Origin: Mobula hypostoma
Lineage: Eukaryota
DNA length: 64,000 nucleotides
Assembly: GCF_963921235.1 (NCBI RefSeq)
Contig: NC_086097.1
Span: 231,014,001-231,078,000, forward strand
Direction: 5' to 3'
Below are positions 34,830-47,963 of this stretch, in pieces. How positions within the stretch are numbered: the first letter of the stretch is position 1; each line of letters begins with the position of its first letter. Made by a program: the position numbers and the translations under genes. The notes under the pieces were generated by a model. It did no database searches and was not told where the DNA came from. It was given only the letters and a program-made list of their open reading frames with translations.

Positions 34830-36320
34830 TGCTGCCTTGAAGCAAATACCCAGGGCCTGAGCTTGTGGGGGGCTGGTGCAGAAATTGCAAGGGCCCTAGC
34901 AGAGATATTGAAAATGCCCTTAGCTACGGGTGAGGTGTTGGAGGATTGGATGATAGCAAATACTGTTTAAGAAAGGCTCTAAAAATAAGCCAGGAAATTA
35001 TAGGCCAGAGAACCTGACACTTGCAGTGGACAAGTTACTGGAAAGTATTTTAAGGAACCAGATATATATGACTTTGGATGGGCAGAATGAAGGATAGTCA
35101 ACATGGCTTTGCGCGTGGTAGGTCATGTCTCACTAATCTTAAAGAGTTTTTCATGGAATTTACCAGGAAAGTCGATAAAGGCAAGGCAGTTGACAAAGTC
35201 CCACATTGGAGGTTGGTTAAGAAGTTGATTTGCTTGGTATTCAGGACAAGGTATTAAATTGGATTAGACATTGGCTTCGTGGAAGAAGCAAGAGAGTGGT
35301 AATAGAGGTTGCCTCTCTGGCTGGAGACCTGTGACTAGTGGTGTGCTGCAGGGATCATTGCTGTGCCCATTGTTCTTTGTCACCAATACTAATGATCAGA
35401 ATGATAATGCAGTGTATTGGATCAGTAATTGGTGGATTGCACCACCACTGGGGACGTAGTGGACAGCGAGGAAGGCTCTCATAGCTAGCAGCAGGATCTG
35501 GACCAGTGCAAAAAATGGGCTGAAAAATGGCAGATGAAATTTAATGCAGATAAATGTGAGGTGTTGCACTTTGGGAAGATAAACAAGAGTAGGACTTATA
35601 TGGTGAATAATGCAGAGTGTGGTAGAACGAGGGATCTGGGAATACAGATCCACAATTCATTGAAAGTGGTGTCACAGGTAGATAGGGCCATAAAGAGAGC
35701 TTTTGGCACATTGACCTTCATGAGTCAAAGTACTGAGTACTGAAGTTGGGATGTTGTGTTGAAGTTGTTTAAGATATTGGTAAGGCCTAATTTGAGGTAG
35801 TGTGAGCAGTTCGGGTCACCTACCTACAGTGCAGGAAAGATATCGATCAGATCGCAATGAAAATTTACAAGGGTGTTGCCAGGCTTCAGGACCTGAATTA
35901 TAGGGAAAGGTTGAATAGGTTAGGACTTTATTCTCTAAGGTGTAAGAGAATGAGGGAAAGATTTGATAGAGGCATACAGAATTATGACGAGTATCGGTAG
36001 GGTAAATGCAAGCAGGCTTTTTCCACTGACATTGAGTGAGAGTAGAACTACAGGCCATGGGTTAAGGGTGTAACATGAAATGTTTAAGGGGAACATGAGA
36101 GGGGCCTTCTTCACTCAGAGGGTGGTGAGAGTGTGAAATGAACTCCCAGTGAAGTGGATGCTGGTTCAATTTCAACATTTAAGATAAATTTGGATGGGTA
36201 AAATGGGATGGGGCAATGGAGGGTTATGGTCTAGGTGCAGGTCAAAGGGTTTAGGCAGATTAGTAGTATGGCATAGACTAGATGGGCCAAACGTCCTGTT
36301 TCTGTGTTGTAGTGTTTTAT
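34830..36320 (+). mobile_element. Decayed CR1 LINE (RT to 3' UTR)
   Basis: KPGNYRP, VTSGVLQGS, MKFNADKCEVLHFG remnants with many stops and frameshifts. Confidence 0.88.
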
Positions 36321-37634
36321 GATTCTAGGAATAAGAAACTGAAACTCTTCAAATGGGAACCCCAGGAAGAAGAGGGTTTTTTTTTTGCTTGAATTACTAT
36401 TCCATCCATGGCTACATCTCTTTCCTTGAAGTCTTTTCTCTCTCTCGAAGCTCTTCGCTTCAATGGGTTTTCGTTCGGTTCCATTTGCCCATTACCCTCA
36501 ATGAAGGCTCTTTCTTTCCTTGTGTTTGATAAAGTATTTCTGCGGCCCCGTTCTGATGAACAGTCATTTCTGTGAAATATTGACTCTGCTTCTCTCTCTG
36601 TGGATGCTGCCTTTGAAGTATTCACAGCACTTTCTACCTTTGTTTCAGTTTTCCAGCATCTTCAGTTTTTTTGTCTGTTTCAAATACTGAAGCATTGAAT
36701 CATGCTGCTGGAATTCCATCACTCATTATGCCTAGCTGATAAATTGTTTGCAGCATTATGTGGGAGGAAAGTCAGCTGAAGGGCTGTCCCCATTCTATTC
36801 CTGCACAACATTTTTAAAAAGCTTTATGAGGTTTGGACATGAACCTGGCCTCCAGTTGACTTTTTGTGACCAAGGAGCTTGTGAAAAAGAATACTATTTA
36901 TCCTGGTGATTAAGGAATGAAATTAGAGGGGCTAAATTGAGTGGAACAGATGTCTGGAGCACAAAAACTCTCCTCTATACGCATATTTAAAAATTCATTT
37001 TATCAATAGACAAAACATACTGTATACTAAGTTTCACTCTGGGTGGCATATGAGCTCTTTGGTAAATTTTGTCACTGCTCGGTGGCTTAGGGCTACTGTT
37101 TGGATGCTGGTTGTGTTGAGGTACTTCGTAAGTGAAGTTAGCTTTATATCACTTAAATTTAGGAGAGATAAGGAGACAAGGGAGAAAAAAAAGAACCTAC
37201 GAATTCAACTGTTTATCTGTCACTCACGTTACTTAGTTTCAGCAAAATTGAGCATAGCTAGCAAGTCAATGAAGCCAACAGTTAAGCTATATGTCATATC
37301 AGAACATAGAACAGTACAGCACCAGAACACGCCCTTTGGCCCTCAATGTTGTGCCAAACCAATTAAATTAGTTATCAAATGGCCAGCTGAACTAAACCCC
37401 TCTGCCATATCCTTCCATTTTGCATGATCCTCTTGCTCCTGGTGTGTGTATGGAATGCCCTGAGTCTCTCTTTAATCCTACTTGCCATGTCAAGAGTTAC
37501 ATTTCACATGGAATACTCTGCTGAGGGAACGAGACAATTTGGAAATCTTCTGCGACGGGTCTGTCTGGAAAATCTGAGAAATAATTACAAACCATTGGAT
37601 ATGTCTGTGGGAATTAGAGAGGAAAAAGCAGTAC

Positions 37635-37745
37635 CTTGATCCTCTGATCATCTGTATCTGCGACTGTTGCAACACGGATCAACATTGGGTTACGCTTGTC
37701 CACAGCTTCCAGTTTCATATTCACTTGGAAACCATGGGATGGCCT
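37635..37745 (-). CDS. L3MBTL1: L3MBTL-family exon (111 nt, phase 0 to 0), MBT core: RPSHGFQVNMKLEAVDKRNPMLIRVATVADTDDQRIK
   Basis: TTTTCCAG acceptor, GTAC donor; MKLEAVDxRNP-IRVATV is the canonical MBT motif; exactly 37 codons. Paralogue tentative. Confidence 0.93.
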
Positions 37746-39433
37746 CTGGAAAAGTATTCAGCATGGTCACATTACATGTAGAAATTTAATTAAATTAAAA
37801 CAATTAATCACCCATATTAACAATATGCCCAAGGAAAATTTAGCTCTTTTATGATTTTTGTAAGACTGTAAAATTATAAATAATGGGCTGTAAGTGGACC
37901 CATAGAAAACCACCAGCAGTATTCTCCCTACAGATTAGCTCTGCTCCAGCTTCCATACTTTTCTGTTGAAACACGGAAGTCATGCAAGCTGAACCTACTC
38001 TGCCACAGGGCTCAGCACCACATCCGTCACTGATGTTCTGAGATGAGGAGCCAAACATACTTTGCTTCTTAGCTTTCTGTCAGCCATGCTGGGCATAAAC
38101 AGCACACTCTCATTCGTTTAAAGGTTAATAGCTTATTTATTTTCCTTCATTTACATGTTTTACTTAATTTGTTAAATATTTAATATGCTAATTAAATATA
38201 TATTGCTTTAATTTGTCTTAAACCTGTTTTAGTTATTACAAGGAATTCAAACCTTTTTAATGTTTCTAACCAATTTGAGAAATAACCAGAAACAATTAAA
38301 AGCCCTTTGAAAGAGGCAACTTACCAAAATGCTTCTGGGTTGCTCTGGGTCTAGGTGTTGGGGCCTGCAGCCTAAGGCCTAATATCCTGACCCACTTCCA
38401 TCTCATTAAATGGAAGGAAACACTGGCACACAGCACAGCAGTGGGATCCAGACCTTCAGGCTGATCAATCCCAGTATGTCGTCAATGCTAAATATGACTG
38501 AGGAGGAACCTCGCAGGGCAGGTCTAGGATTGGGGATAGATCAAGCATGATCCAGTCTATTAAATGCAAATTATAAATAACTAAGGTGAATCAATTTTAT
38601 CATGTAATCTTCTAATAATAAATTCCACTATTTGGTGTTTCTATAATGCAATGCACTCAGCTCTTTCTAATAATTGGGGCATTCTAAGGTTGCAAAAGAC
38701 AAAGTATTACACACTTTGACACACATTATTATAATTTATCCACAACTACAACATGAAACCCTCCACTTTAAATATACCCAAATAACTTGGCCTCCACAAC
38801 CTTCTGTGGCAGCGAATTCCACAGATTCACCATCCTCTAGCTATAGAAATTCACCCTCATCTCTGTTCTAAATGGATGTCCCTCTAATCTGAGATTGTGC
38901 CCTCTGGACCTAGACTCCCCCACTGCAGGAAACATTCTCTCCACGTCCACTCTACCTTTAGCACCGAAGGCTAACCCACATGTAAGTAAAGAAACAAGAA
39001 CAAAAAAAAAGACAGAGCAAGAATTAATTCCAGTAAAAGTAGGACCTTATGAAATATTTAGCTCCTGCAGGGATTGTAAATGTTTGGTTTGGCACTAGTA
39101 CACTCTGTAGTGAATTTTTAAATAATTCAGCAAAACGCTCCCATTAACTGCGGTTTTTTACGTTATGTTACATTATGAGGCTGTTTCATCATTGTGGCTG
39201 ATATCATTGCATTTTGGAATGATAGGTGACCTCATAAACCTTAAAAGGAAGAACAAGAATTAAATCTTGTTTTTTTAGTGAATACTGTTAACTAAAGTGG
39301 TTAATATGCAATTACAACATGCAATTATTTCTTTGTGTTTATTATAACTGTACAACTACATTCAATATATTGCTTGATACTTACGGCTACTCTATAAAAT
39401 TTAATTTGATCAGTTTGCTAAACAGTAACGTAC

Positions 39434-39513
39434 TATTTTGAAAGCACGGGCTGGAGCTGATATAGCACCCAGATCTTCGAGGTATTTCCTCCACGAAAAA
39501 TTTTCATGGTAGC
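39434..39513 (-). CDS. L3MBTL1: L3MBTL-family exon (80 nt, phase 1 to 0), start of MBT repeat: (G)YHENFSWRKYLEDLGAISAPARAFKI
   Basis: Manual minus-strand translation; acceptor TTTCAG (AG 39514-39515), donor GTACGT (GT 39432-39433); F-S-W-x-x-Y-L motif opening MBT repeats; splices in frame to 37635-37745. Family is secure; paralogue (L3MBTL1 vs 3 vs 4) is only tentative. Confidence 0.9.
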
Positions 39514-40209
39514 CTGAAATATTAAAAGAAAGTTACAAACTGTACTGTGCAGGAGTACAATCCAAAAGGGAATCAGGTTTAATATCACTGTGAAATTTGT
39601 TGTCTTTGCAGCAACTGTAGAATGCAATACATAACAATAGAAACAAAACTGAATTACTGTAAATATATATATAATAGTTAAATTAAATAAGTAGGGCAAA
39701 AATAGAAATAAAAATTAGTGAAATAACAAAGTAATTCAAAACATGGAGAGTACAACTACCCACAGAACACAAAATCTTGAGGTCCACTTTTATGACACAA
39801 CAAATTGATAAAGTCATTCATTTTCTATGTAAAAATGTATAGAAAATAAGAACATATTACAAAAAAAGACTGATAATTCTGGGGTGAAATAACACCATAT
39901 GCATGTAACATTGTTTTATTAGAAGCATATTGAATTTGTGATAAGGAGATGTACTAATCGTGTTTGTTTTTTCAAAACAAACAACCCTTTGCTTTATCAG
40001 AGTGTGGGTGACAGCACCTGGTGGATGATCAGTAATATTTTTGAAAAAAAATCTTCTGAAGGTGAGGAAAGAATTAACAAAGTGGAAGACAGGGAGAGAA
40101 AATGTGCAATAATGTTAAGTTAGAAGAGGAGAAAGTGAGCGTTGGAGACTGAGGAGCAACAGCAGCCAGCTGTGATGTTGAAGGATTGCTGTTGCCGTAA
40201 GTCAACATG

Positions 40210-40432
40210 TGATTTATTGAGATGCAGTGCGGAGTAGGGCCTTCCGGCCCTTCAAGCTGTACCACCCGACACCCCCAATTTAACCCTAGCCTAATCACAG
40301 GTCAATTTACAATGATCAATTAACCTACCAATCAGTATGCCTTTCGACGGTGGGAAGAAACCAGAGCACCCGGAGTAAACACACACAGTCACGGGAAGAA
40401 TGTACAAACTCCTTACAGACAGTGGCGGGATC
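40210..40432 (-). mobile_element. V-SINE (HE1-like)
   Basis: Reverse complement TGTCTGTAAGGAGTTTGTACATTCTTCCCGTGAC..TCCGGGTGCTCTGGTTTCTTCCCAC. Confidence 0.78.
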
Positions 40433-40872
40433 AATGATAGACAAGTTCTTTTTCTAGACCTCCAAAGAGACTTGAAAGTACCCTCAAAGAAGTGATGCAA
40501 ATTGTGAGTTACAATAAGAAATCTGTATTGAATCACTAGTGCTTCGGTCTTTATTTTGTGCAGCAGATCCCAGAGCAGAGTGCCCAACTTGCATTGAACT
40601 TGTCTTCATTGAAATAAATGTCAATATTAATTTTTTTATAGAGAAAAGACAAGTTTATTGCCTCAGTTTATGGAATTTAATAGCATAAAAATCATATGTA
40701 ATATTTAACATTTGTATGATCTTAAAACAGGTTGATAGGATTTCCTTCCAATCGTAGCTGCTAAAAATAAAAAGCAAGATATCTAACAGCTGTGCACAAG
40801 TACTGTGGCTGGGAAGAGAATACTGACTGATAATTTCCTCATAATCCTTGGTACGATGGAGAACACACACAG

Positions 40873-42630
40873 TCAGAATCATGTTTATTATCACTGTCTT
40901 AAATGATATGAAATGTGTTGTTTTGCTGCAGGAATACAGTGCTAAGTCATAAAATTACTATAAATTACAAAATAAATAGTGCAAAAGAAAACAAGACAGG
41001 CTCATAGGCTGATGAACCAATCAGTAATTTCACAACGGAACTGTACCTTCCTCCTGATGGTAGCAACGCAAAGAGGGTATGTCCTGGATGGTGAGGGTCC
41101 TTAATGAAGGAAGCAGTCTTCGAGGCACTTCCTCCTGAAGAAGACCTTGATGGTGGGAAGGGTTGTGCCAGTGATGATACTGGTTAAGTCTACAATGACC
41201 TGCAGCCTTTTATGATCACGTGTGTTGGAGGCTCCTGGCCAAGCGAAGATGCAACCAGGCAGAAGGCAATCCACCGTGCAAGTCTTCAGTGACGTACCAA
41301 ATCTCCTCAAGCTCTAATGCAGTTGAGTTACTGGCACACCTTCATCTTGACTGCATCAATGTGTTGGACCCAGGACCAATCCTCCAATATGTGGACATCC
41401 AGGAACTTGCAGCTGATCACTTTTTCCACCATCAACCCCTCAATGAGGATTGGTGTGTGTTCTCCCAACTTCCCCTCCTGGAGTCCACAATCAATTTCCT
41501 GGTCCTGCTGACGTTGAGTGCAAGGCTATTGTTGAAACACCACTCAACCACCCAATCTATCCCACTCCTGTATCCCTCCTCATTGTCACCTGAGATTCTA
41601 CCAACAACAATGGTGTCATCTACAAATTTATTGACGGGGTTTGAGTGCTTAGCCAAACAATTACTCGTGTAGAGAGAGCAGTGGGCTAAGCACACATCTT
41701 TGAGGTAAGGTTGTGTTGATAGTCAGCAAGAAGGAAATGTTATTATTGATCCACACTGACTGTGATCTCCTGATGAGGAAGTCTAGGATCCAGTTGTAGA
41801 AGAAAGTACAGAAACTCAGGTTTCAAAGCTCATTGTTGAGATGCCGGCATTGAATGCCAAGCTGTAATCAATAGACAGCAGCCTGTCTTATGTTTTGCTG
41901 TTTTCTAGGTACTCTAGTGCAGAGTGGAAAACTGGTGAGACTGTGTCCGCCTGTTGTAGCAGTAGGCAAACTGCAGCAGACCAGGCCCCTACTCAGGCAG
42001 GAGTTCATTCTGGCCATAACCAATCTCCCAAAGCACTTAATTACGATAGACGTGAGTGCTACCAGTCAATTATCGTTGAGATGGCTTGCCCTACTCTTCT
42101 TGGGAATTAATATGATTACTGCCCCTTTGAAGCAAGTGGGAACCTCAGACCCCAACAGTGAGAGGTTGAAGATGTCTTTGAATTCTCCTGCCAGGTGGTT
42201 AGCACAAATTGTCAGTAGGCAGCCTGGTGCCGAGTACCTTGCAAGGGTTCACCGTTCTGAACCAAGTTCAGACATCGACTTCTGAGAAAGAGATCACAGG
42301 ATCACCGGATACTGAATGAAGTTGTAGGAGTGTAGTTCCCAAGCTCATCATGGAGTGAAACATCATCACCCTTTATGCTGTTCGGCTTCACCTTATAGGA
42401 AGAAATGGCATGCAAACCTTGCCACAGTTGTCGCACATCTGATTGTGTCTCTAATTTCACAGCGATTGCCTCTTTGCTTTATTATGACCTTCCACAGGTT
42501 GTACCTGGACTTATGGGACTCTGGATCTCCGGACTTGAACACCGCGAATCTCCTGGTTTGTCCAGAGTTTCTGGTTTTGAAAACTCAAGTATGTTCTTGA
42601 AGGCACACACTCATCCGCACAGGTCTTGAT
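40873..42630 (-). mobile_element. Old Rex1-like LINE, heavily decayed
   Basis: ORF 41432..41695 NKFVDDTIVVGRIS..WCFNNSLALNVSRT; ORF 41101..41310. Confidence 0.75.
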
Positions 42631-42675
42631 GAAGACGCTGATTTCATCCATTACCTGCACTGTCCTACATTATGT

Positions 42676-43250
42676 GGTTCCTTAAGGTTGTCATAGCCGG
42701 GGCAGTTGGTGGGGATAAGCTCCCAGTACCTATTAAATGCTCCTAATGGAGTGCACCTCAAGTAGCCTCTGACCACTGAGTCCAGCTCCTGGTATTCACA
42801 TGCGGCTGAGCTACTAAGCCCAACGGAAACGTTTTTCCTGGCAGAGAAGAGGCAAAGGAGTGTTACTGGATGGCACCTTAAAACCAGGCACTTTGGGCAG
42901 ATTGGCAGCTCATCCAAGAGAAAGAAAACTCTGATCTCAAACCTCCGCTGCTTTGCGGACGTACACACTCATGGGGAAGGCTTCAGGAGTAAACCCCGAG
43001 GGGAAAATATGGAGCTGGAGTTCCTATGGCAATCCTACATTGAATTCAATGCCAATGGGCGAATCCTGTGACTCTGCTGGTGCCAATCTATATCAGTCTC
43101 TGCCATTCCTTTGGGTTCATCTGATACATGTAGAGGGGGAGCTTGTTTTATGGGCAACAGTTTGCTCTCTATATTTTACTGCTCAGGCTTGCTTATCTAG
43201 ACAGCTGGGATGCAACATCTATGGTTGACCCTAACCAACGGAGGCCTCAT
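42676..43250 (+). mobile_element. Non-coding interspersed element, possibly an RTE-derived non-autonomous repeat
   Basis: GC-richer non-coding block with RTE-5'UTR-like motifs (TCAAACCTCCGCTGC, GGAGTAAACCCCGAGG); family assignment is from recall only. Confidence 0.45.
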
Positions 43251-43767
43251 ACATCATGTCTCCTAAAATCCAACTCACCTCATTAAAATATCTCTGCCCA
43301 TCTCTATTTCCTGTCCAAAGAAGGTAACAAGGAGCAGAAAGAATGAATTTCTTTAGGGTACATCATTACTGAATGCCACCACAGCCCCACAAACCCCAGC
43401 AGAGAATTGGTCAATATTGATCCAGTGTACCACCAGGCTCAGTGCATTACTATACTCCCAGGTTGTCACACACGCTCTGGTTTACAGAATGGAAGAGAAG
43501 AAATGCAATGGCAAGAGGCTCCGGGTTTGAGATACCAGAGGGGAACAAGGCAAACCTCTTCACATTTATGCTTTTACTCTGATGAGTGGATTTGCACGTG
43601 TATTTGTATCACACACACAAACACACACAGCACTGCAGAAAATTTAAGTATTAAGTTCCTGACAACAGGACTGGCAAAGAATCGAGAAAGAATATTTGGA
43701 TAAAAAAAAAGAAGAAATATTTATGGGTCATTGTTATCCAAAATGAAATGTTCTTCTGCATATATAT

Positions 43768-44312
43768 GGGGTGTCAGGGAGGGGTAGCACCTCTGGTGGG
43801 GGAACATGTCACGTCCTTTTCAAGGCGGTTAGTCCACCTTTGGTCCCCACCTGGCACTCAGCTCTCACCTGTGGCTCCCCATAGCTGTTTGCATGCGACA
43901 ACGGCCACACCCCGGGCAATGGCTTCGACAAGCCGGCTAAACCAGGTGAGGGTAGCCGACGGGTCTCAAGTCCTTGGTGGGATAGGGAGTTGTCTATCCC
44001 AGCATGTGAAGACAGACTCCGGTGGATTAAGTGGACGAGACCAATGGAAGGTCCAACGGTTAAGATGGCGGTCTTTGCAAGCGTTGTGGAATGTGTAGAG
44101 CAGGACAAGACACAGGAGACGTCCTGGTCATCCACTGCACCTAGTCCCATCTCCAGCCGTCTCAACTCTGTCTTGTCACTGGATCCAGAAGGGAATTGGG
44201 AAGAGAGAGTGAGGCTGACGCTGCGCAACTCTCCCTCACTTAAATCCAAATCATGCGCTAGTTTCGACACCATCATAATGGTGTCGAGGTCCTCTTTGAC
44301 GTCGATGATGGA

Positions 44313-44346
<34 letters not shown>
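43768..44346 (+). mobile_element. Non-autonomous RTE-dependent element with (CA)n tail and 9-bp TSD
   Basis: TSD CATATATAT at 43759-43767 and 44347-44355; 3' end TAATGGTGTCGAGGTC..GACGTCGATGATGGACAAAC is shared with the RTE LINE at 47964-48878. Confidence 0.85.
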
Positions 44347-44355
<9 letters not shown>

Positions 44356-45519
44356 CTTTTACATTTACCTTCTTTCCCTATCAAGCAAATATTAGATCCA
44401 ACAAAGAAACATCAAATTGTTCAAGGAGTGTAACACTGAGATGCTGCTTGGTTAAATATCTTATCCAACATTCTAAACACTCGGGTTGCTAGAGTGCCGT
44501 TTGTACCTACAACCTTAGGATGTCATGACAAATGTATTACATTGCATTAAGACTAACTATGAAACTGATACAGAGGTCAGTAACCCGACTATCTCTGTCA
44601 AATAGTTGTATTTTAATTGCGTTACATGTTTGGGTCAGAGAGTCGCGTTCGGGGTCAGGTTGGGGTTTAGGGACACGGATGTGGGGGAATCAGAGGACAG
44701 GACAGAGTCCAAGTCTCTGCTTCATGTTCAAAACCTATTGATCTGGTTATGTGCTGTGAGAGCGGACGAGGGTCCCGCGAGGACAGTGAGTTGTTGGCGG
44801 GTTCTGGAATCGGATTTCCACGTGGACAGGAGGAACAAGTTCTGATGATCCCTGGATCCGTGAATTGATGAGACCGGATTTCAAAGTCTAGTATTCAGTG
44901 ATCAACATGTCCTAGGATTAACGCCAAGGATCACGGCCCCAGGATTGAAGGGGATATCTGGAAGTTGAGACTCATTGGCCAGAGCAGAGTCTGAGAATCT
45001 CTATGGGTCTTCTGGGGAAGTCAAAGACTAATGTCTGCAGGCCCAAGTCTGAATCAGCTAGTCAGGGGGCCTGCCCTAGGGTTAAAGGACTGTGTTCAAA
45101 GACTCAGGACTCAAAGTACATTTATTATCAAAGTATTTATGCAGTATACAACCTTGAGATTTGTCTTCCCACAGACAGCCATGAAACAGCAAAGAAAACC
45201 ATGGAACCCTGTTCAAAAAAGAACATCAAACCCTCAATGTGCATAGAACAAATTGTGGAAATGGCACCAAAAAATGAGTGAAAAATACCAAATATAAAAC
45301 ACCAAACCACAGGTCATTGAAACAGTCCAGGAATATTCAGTTCAGCTCAGTTCAATTCAATCCAATGCCACGTTGCTAGTTGACTGCAGGCTGCAGGGTC
45401 CCACCGTCCTGATCAAAAACCACACAAAATACCAAAAACAAAGGAGCAACCAGAGACCAGAATCACATCACAATGTGAACCTCAAAGTCCTATTGAAACA
45501 CAAACAGTACAAGACTACA

Positions 45520-46381
45520 ACTGGATCTGAACGTAGTAGCCCCCTGCTACTAGGAATGCAGCTGGGATACACCAAGTACTGTTGTTTCATTTGCGAATGG
45601 GAAAGCCATGCTAAAGAATCCTATTACATTAAAAAGGAATGGCCACTCCATAAGCAGTTGGTTTCAGGACAAAATGTGTGGCTCATAAGCCACTTGTTGA
45701 CCCAATGATGATATTTTTGCCTCCTCTTCATATAAAACTGGGCTTATGAAAAATTTTGTGAAATCGATGAACAAGGAAGGTGAAGGATTTTGATATTTGA
45801 GACAGATGTTACCCAGGGTAACTGATGCCAAGATTAAGAAAGGCATTTTTGTTGGTCCACCAATCAAACAAGTCATCAATGACAAGAATTCAAAGAACCA
45901 GAAAAAATCACATGTAAGGCATTTGAGGATGTTGTTGAAAATTCTCCTGACAACTACAGAGCACAAAGCTATGGGCAGCTGGTTGACAGCACACTTCAAG
46001 CATACAAAACGATGAAGTGCAACATGTCACTAAACATTCATTTTCTGCATTCCCATTTACACTTCTTCCCTGCAAATCATGCCAGCGTCAGTGATGAGCA
46101 TGGTAAAAGGTTTCACCAGGATGTTGTGGCCATGGAGAAGTGGTATCAGGGCAACTGGAATCCATCAGTGCCGGCTGATTATTGTTGGCACTTAAGCGAG
46201 AAGCCTCAGACACTGAGTCCAAATGAAAATCATCAACAAAACATTTTAAGCATAGTTGAACTATTGGAAAGCATCAGAACTGTTATGCAGTTGAATGCAT
46301 TACATTCAATAAACGTTAATTTGCTGTTTCTCCAAATACCTATGTGGTCCAAGTAGTCCGAAATTACATTTACATTCAGTA
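45520..46381 (+). mobile_element. Chapaev3-like (CMC/CACTA superfamily) DNA transposase relic, C-terminal part plus 3' end
   Basis: LLLGMQLGYTKYCCFICEW, PPLHIKLGLMKNFVK, AKIKKGIFVGP, HFLHSHLHFFP..VSDEHGKRFHQD..ME..YQG.W....ADYCW across shifted frames; ends CAGTA where CAGTG would be expected. Confidence 0.85.
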
Positions 46382-46601
46382 TCGAGCGGTCTATCATAAC
46401 CACAGAAGATTTATGAGGAAGCAGCGCCATCAGAAAAGTCCAGCCATTGCTGCTTGGCTATCATCCATGCCAGTATTCTTTTCCAATCAATTTTGGCCAG
46501 CTCCTCTCTTATGTCTCTGTAATTCCCTTTACTCCACTGTAAACCGTTACATCTGACTTTAGCTTCTCCTTCTCACACTGTAGGATGAATTCTACCATAT
46601 T

Positions 46602-47070
46602 GTAAGACCATAAGACAAAGGAGCAGAACTCGGCCATTCGGCCCATCAAGTCTGCTCCGCCATTTTATCATGAGCTGATCATTCTCCCATTTAGTCCCAC
46701 TCCCCCACCTTCTCACCATAACCTTTGATGCCCTGGCTACTCAGATACCTATCAATTTCTGGCTTAAATACACCCAATGACTTGGCCTCCACTGCCGCCC
46801 GTGGCAACAAATTATGATCGCCGTCTCCTAAGGGTTCCTTTACCTTAAGCTCTTTAATTATTTCTGGTTCATTGCATAACACCCAATCCAGAATAGCTGA
46901 TCCCCTAGTGGGCTCACCCACAAGCTGTCTAAAAAGCTACCTTATAGGCATTCTAGAAAATCCCCCTTTTGGGATCCAGCACCAACGTGATTTTCCCTAT
47001 CTACCTGCATATTGAAATCCCTCATGACTATCCCTTTAGGCACGCATTTTCTCTTTCCCGTTGTAACTTT
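46602..47070 (-). mobile_element. CR1 mosaic: 3' end joined to endonuclease-region fragments
   Basis: ORF 46691..46921 EPTRGSAILDWVLCNE fused to LPRAAVEAKSLGVFK. Confidence 0.8.
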
Positions 47071-47963
47071 TAGACCATATCTTTACTATTTAAAGGGAAT
47101 GAGGGCTCTGGTGTGTTAAAGGGAGCATAGGAATCAGGACCTGGAGAGTTAAAGACACCTACATGTGTTTCAATGGAGCACAGAAAACAGGGCTTGGTGT
47201 GGTTCAAAGAGGCAAAGGAAATTGGTCTTTTATATCTAACAGGAGCACAGGAAAGAAAACTCAATGAATCAAAATACTGAATCATGTGGATTTCCAAACA
47301 ATTAGTTACACACCGATAGATTTGCACAGTATTGCTGCTTTTTCGAAATCAATTATTCCACATTTTCTCAGTGAAATCCATCTACCACTCATCTGTTTAC
47401 ACTTAAAATAAGGCACTTATATCTTGTCCATGTCCTTCTACAGCCTCTTGATTTCTTCTTGGTAGTTTGGCATGCTCCTAATTCGATATATTCAGCAAAC
47501 TTTTATGTCATTCCTCTTGTAGCCATAGCTGATATATACACAATTGAAAAACAAAGGTTCAAGCACAGACCCCTAGACATCAGTACTTGCATTCCATCAA
47601 TCCTAGGTTTTCATTTCAAGCATATTCTTTCTTCATGAATGTACATCCCATTAAATCGAGGCGATGTGGACAACAATTTAGGCACTAGGTCAGATTGAAA
47701 AGGTCAGGGCGTCGGAGCCCAAGGCTAGGGACAGGCTGATTCAGTTCGCTGCTCCACTCTGCACTGAACTAAGGATCTGTGGACAGACTCTCTTTGTGGA
47801 CTTTTGCTATTTGCTTGTGTTTATTGTTTGCACGATTTCATTTTTTTTTCTCCGCACACTGTGTGTTGGATGGTCTTCTATATTTTATGGGATCTTTTAG
47901 GGTTTTTTTTGCTTTGTCACTGTCTATGAGGAGATGAACCTCAAGGTTACATAATGTATACAT

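Noticed and set aside
40700..40765. Possible exon after a strong minus-strand acceptor (TTTTTATTTTTAG|CAGCTACGATTGG, SYDWKEIL)
   Set aside because: No MBT similarity beyond a chance W, and no convincing donor or phase fit.
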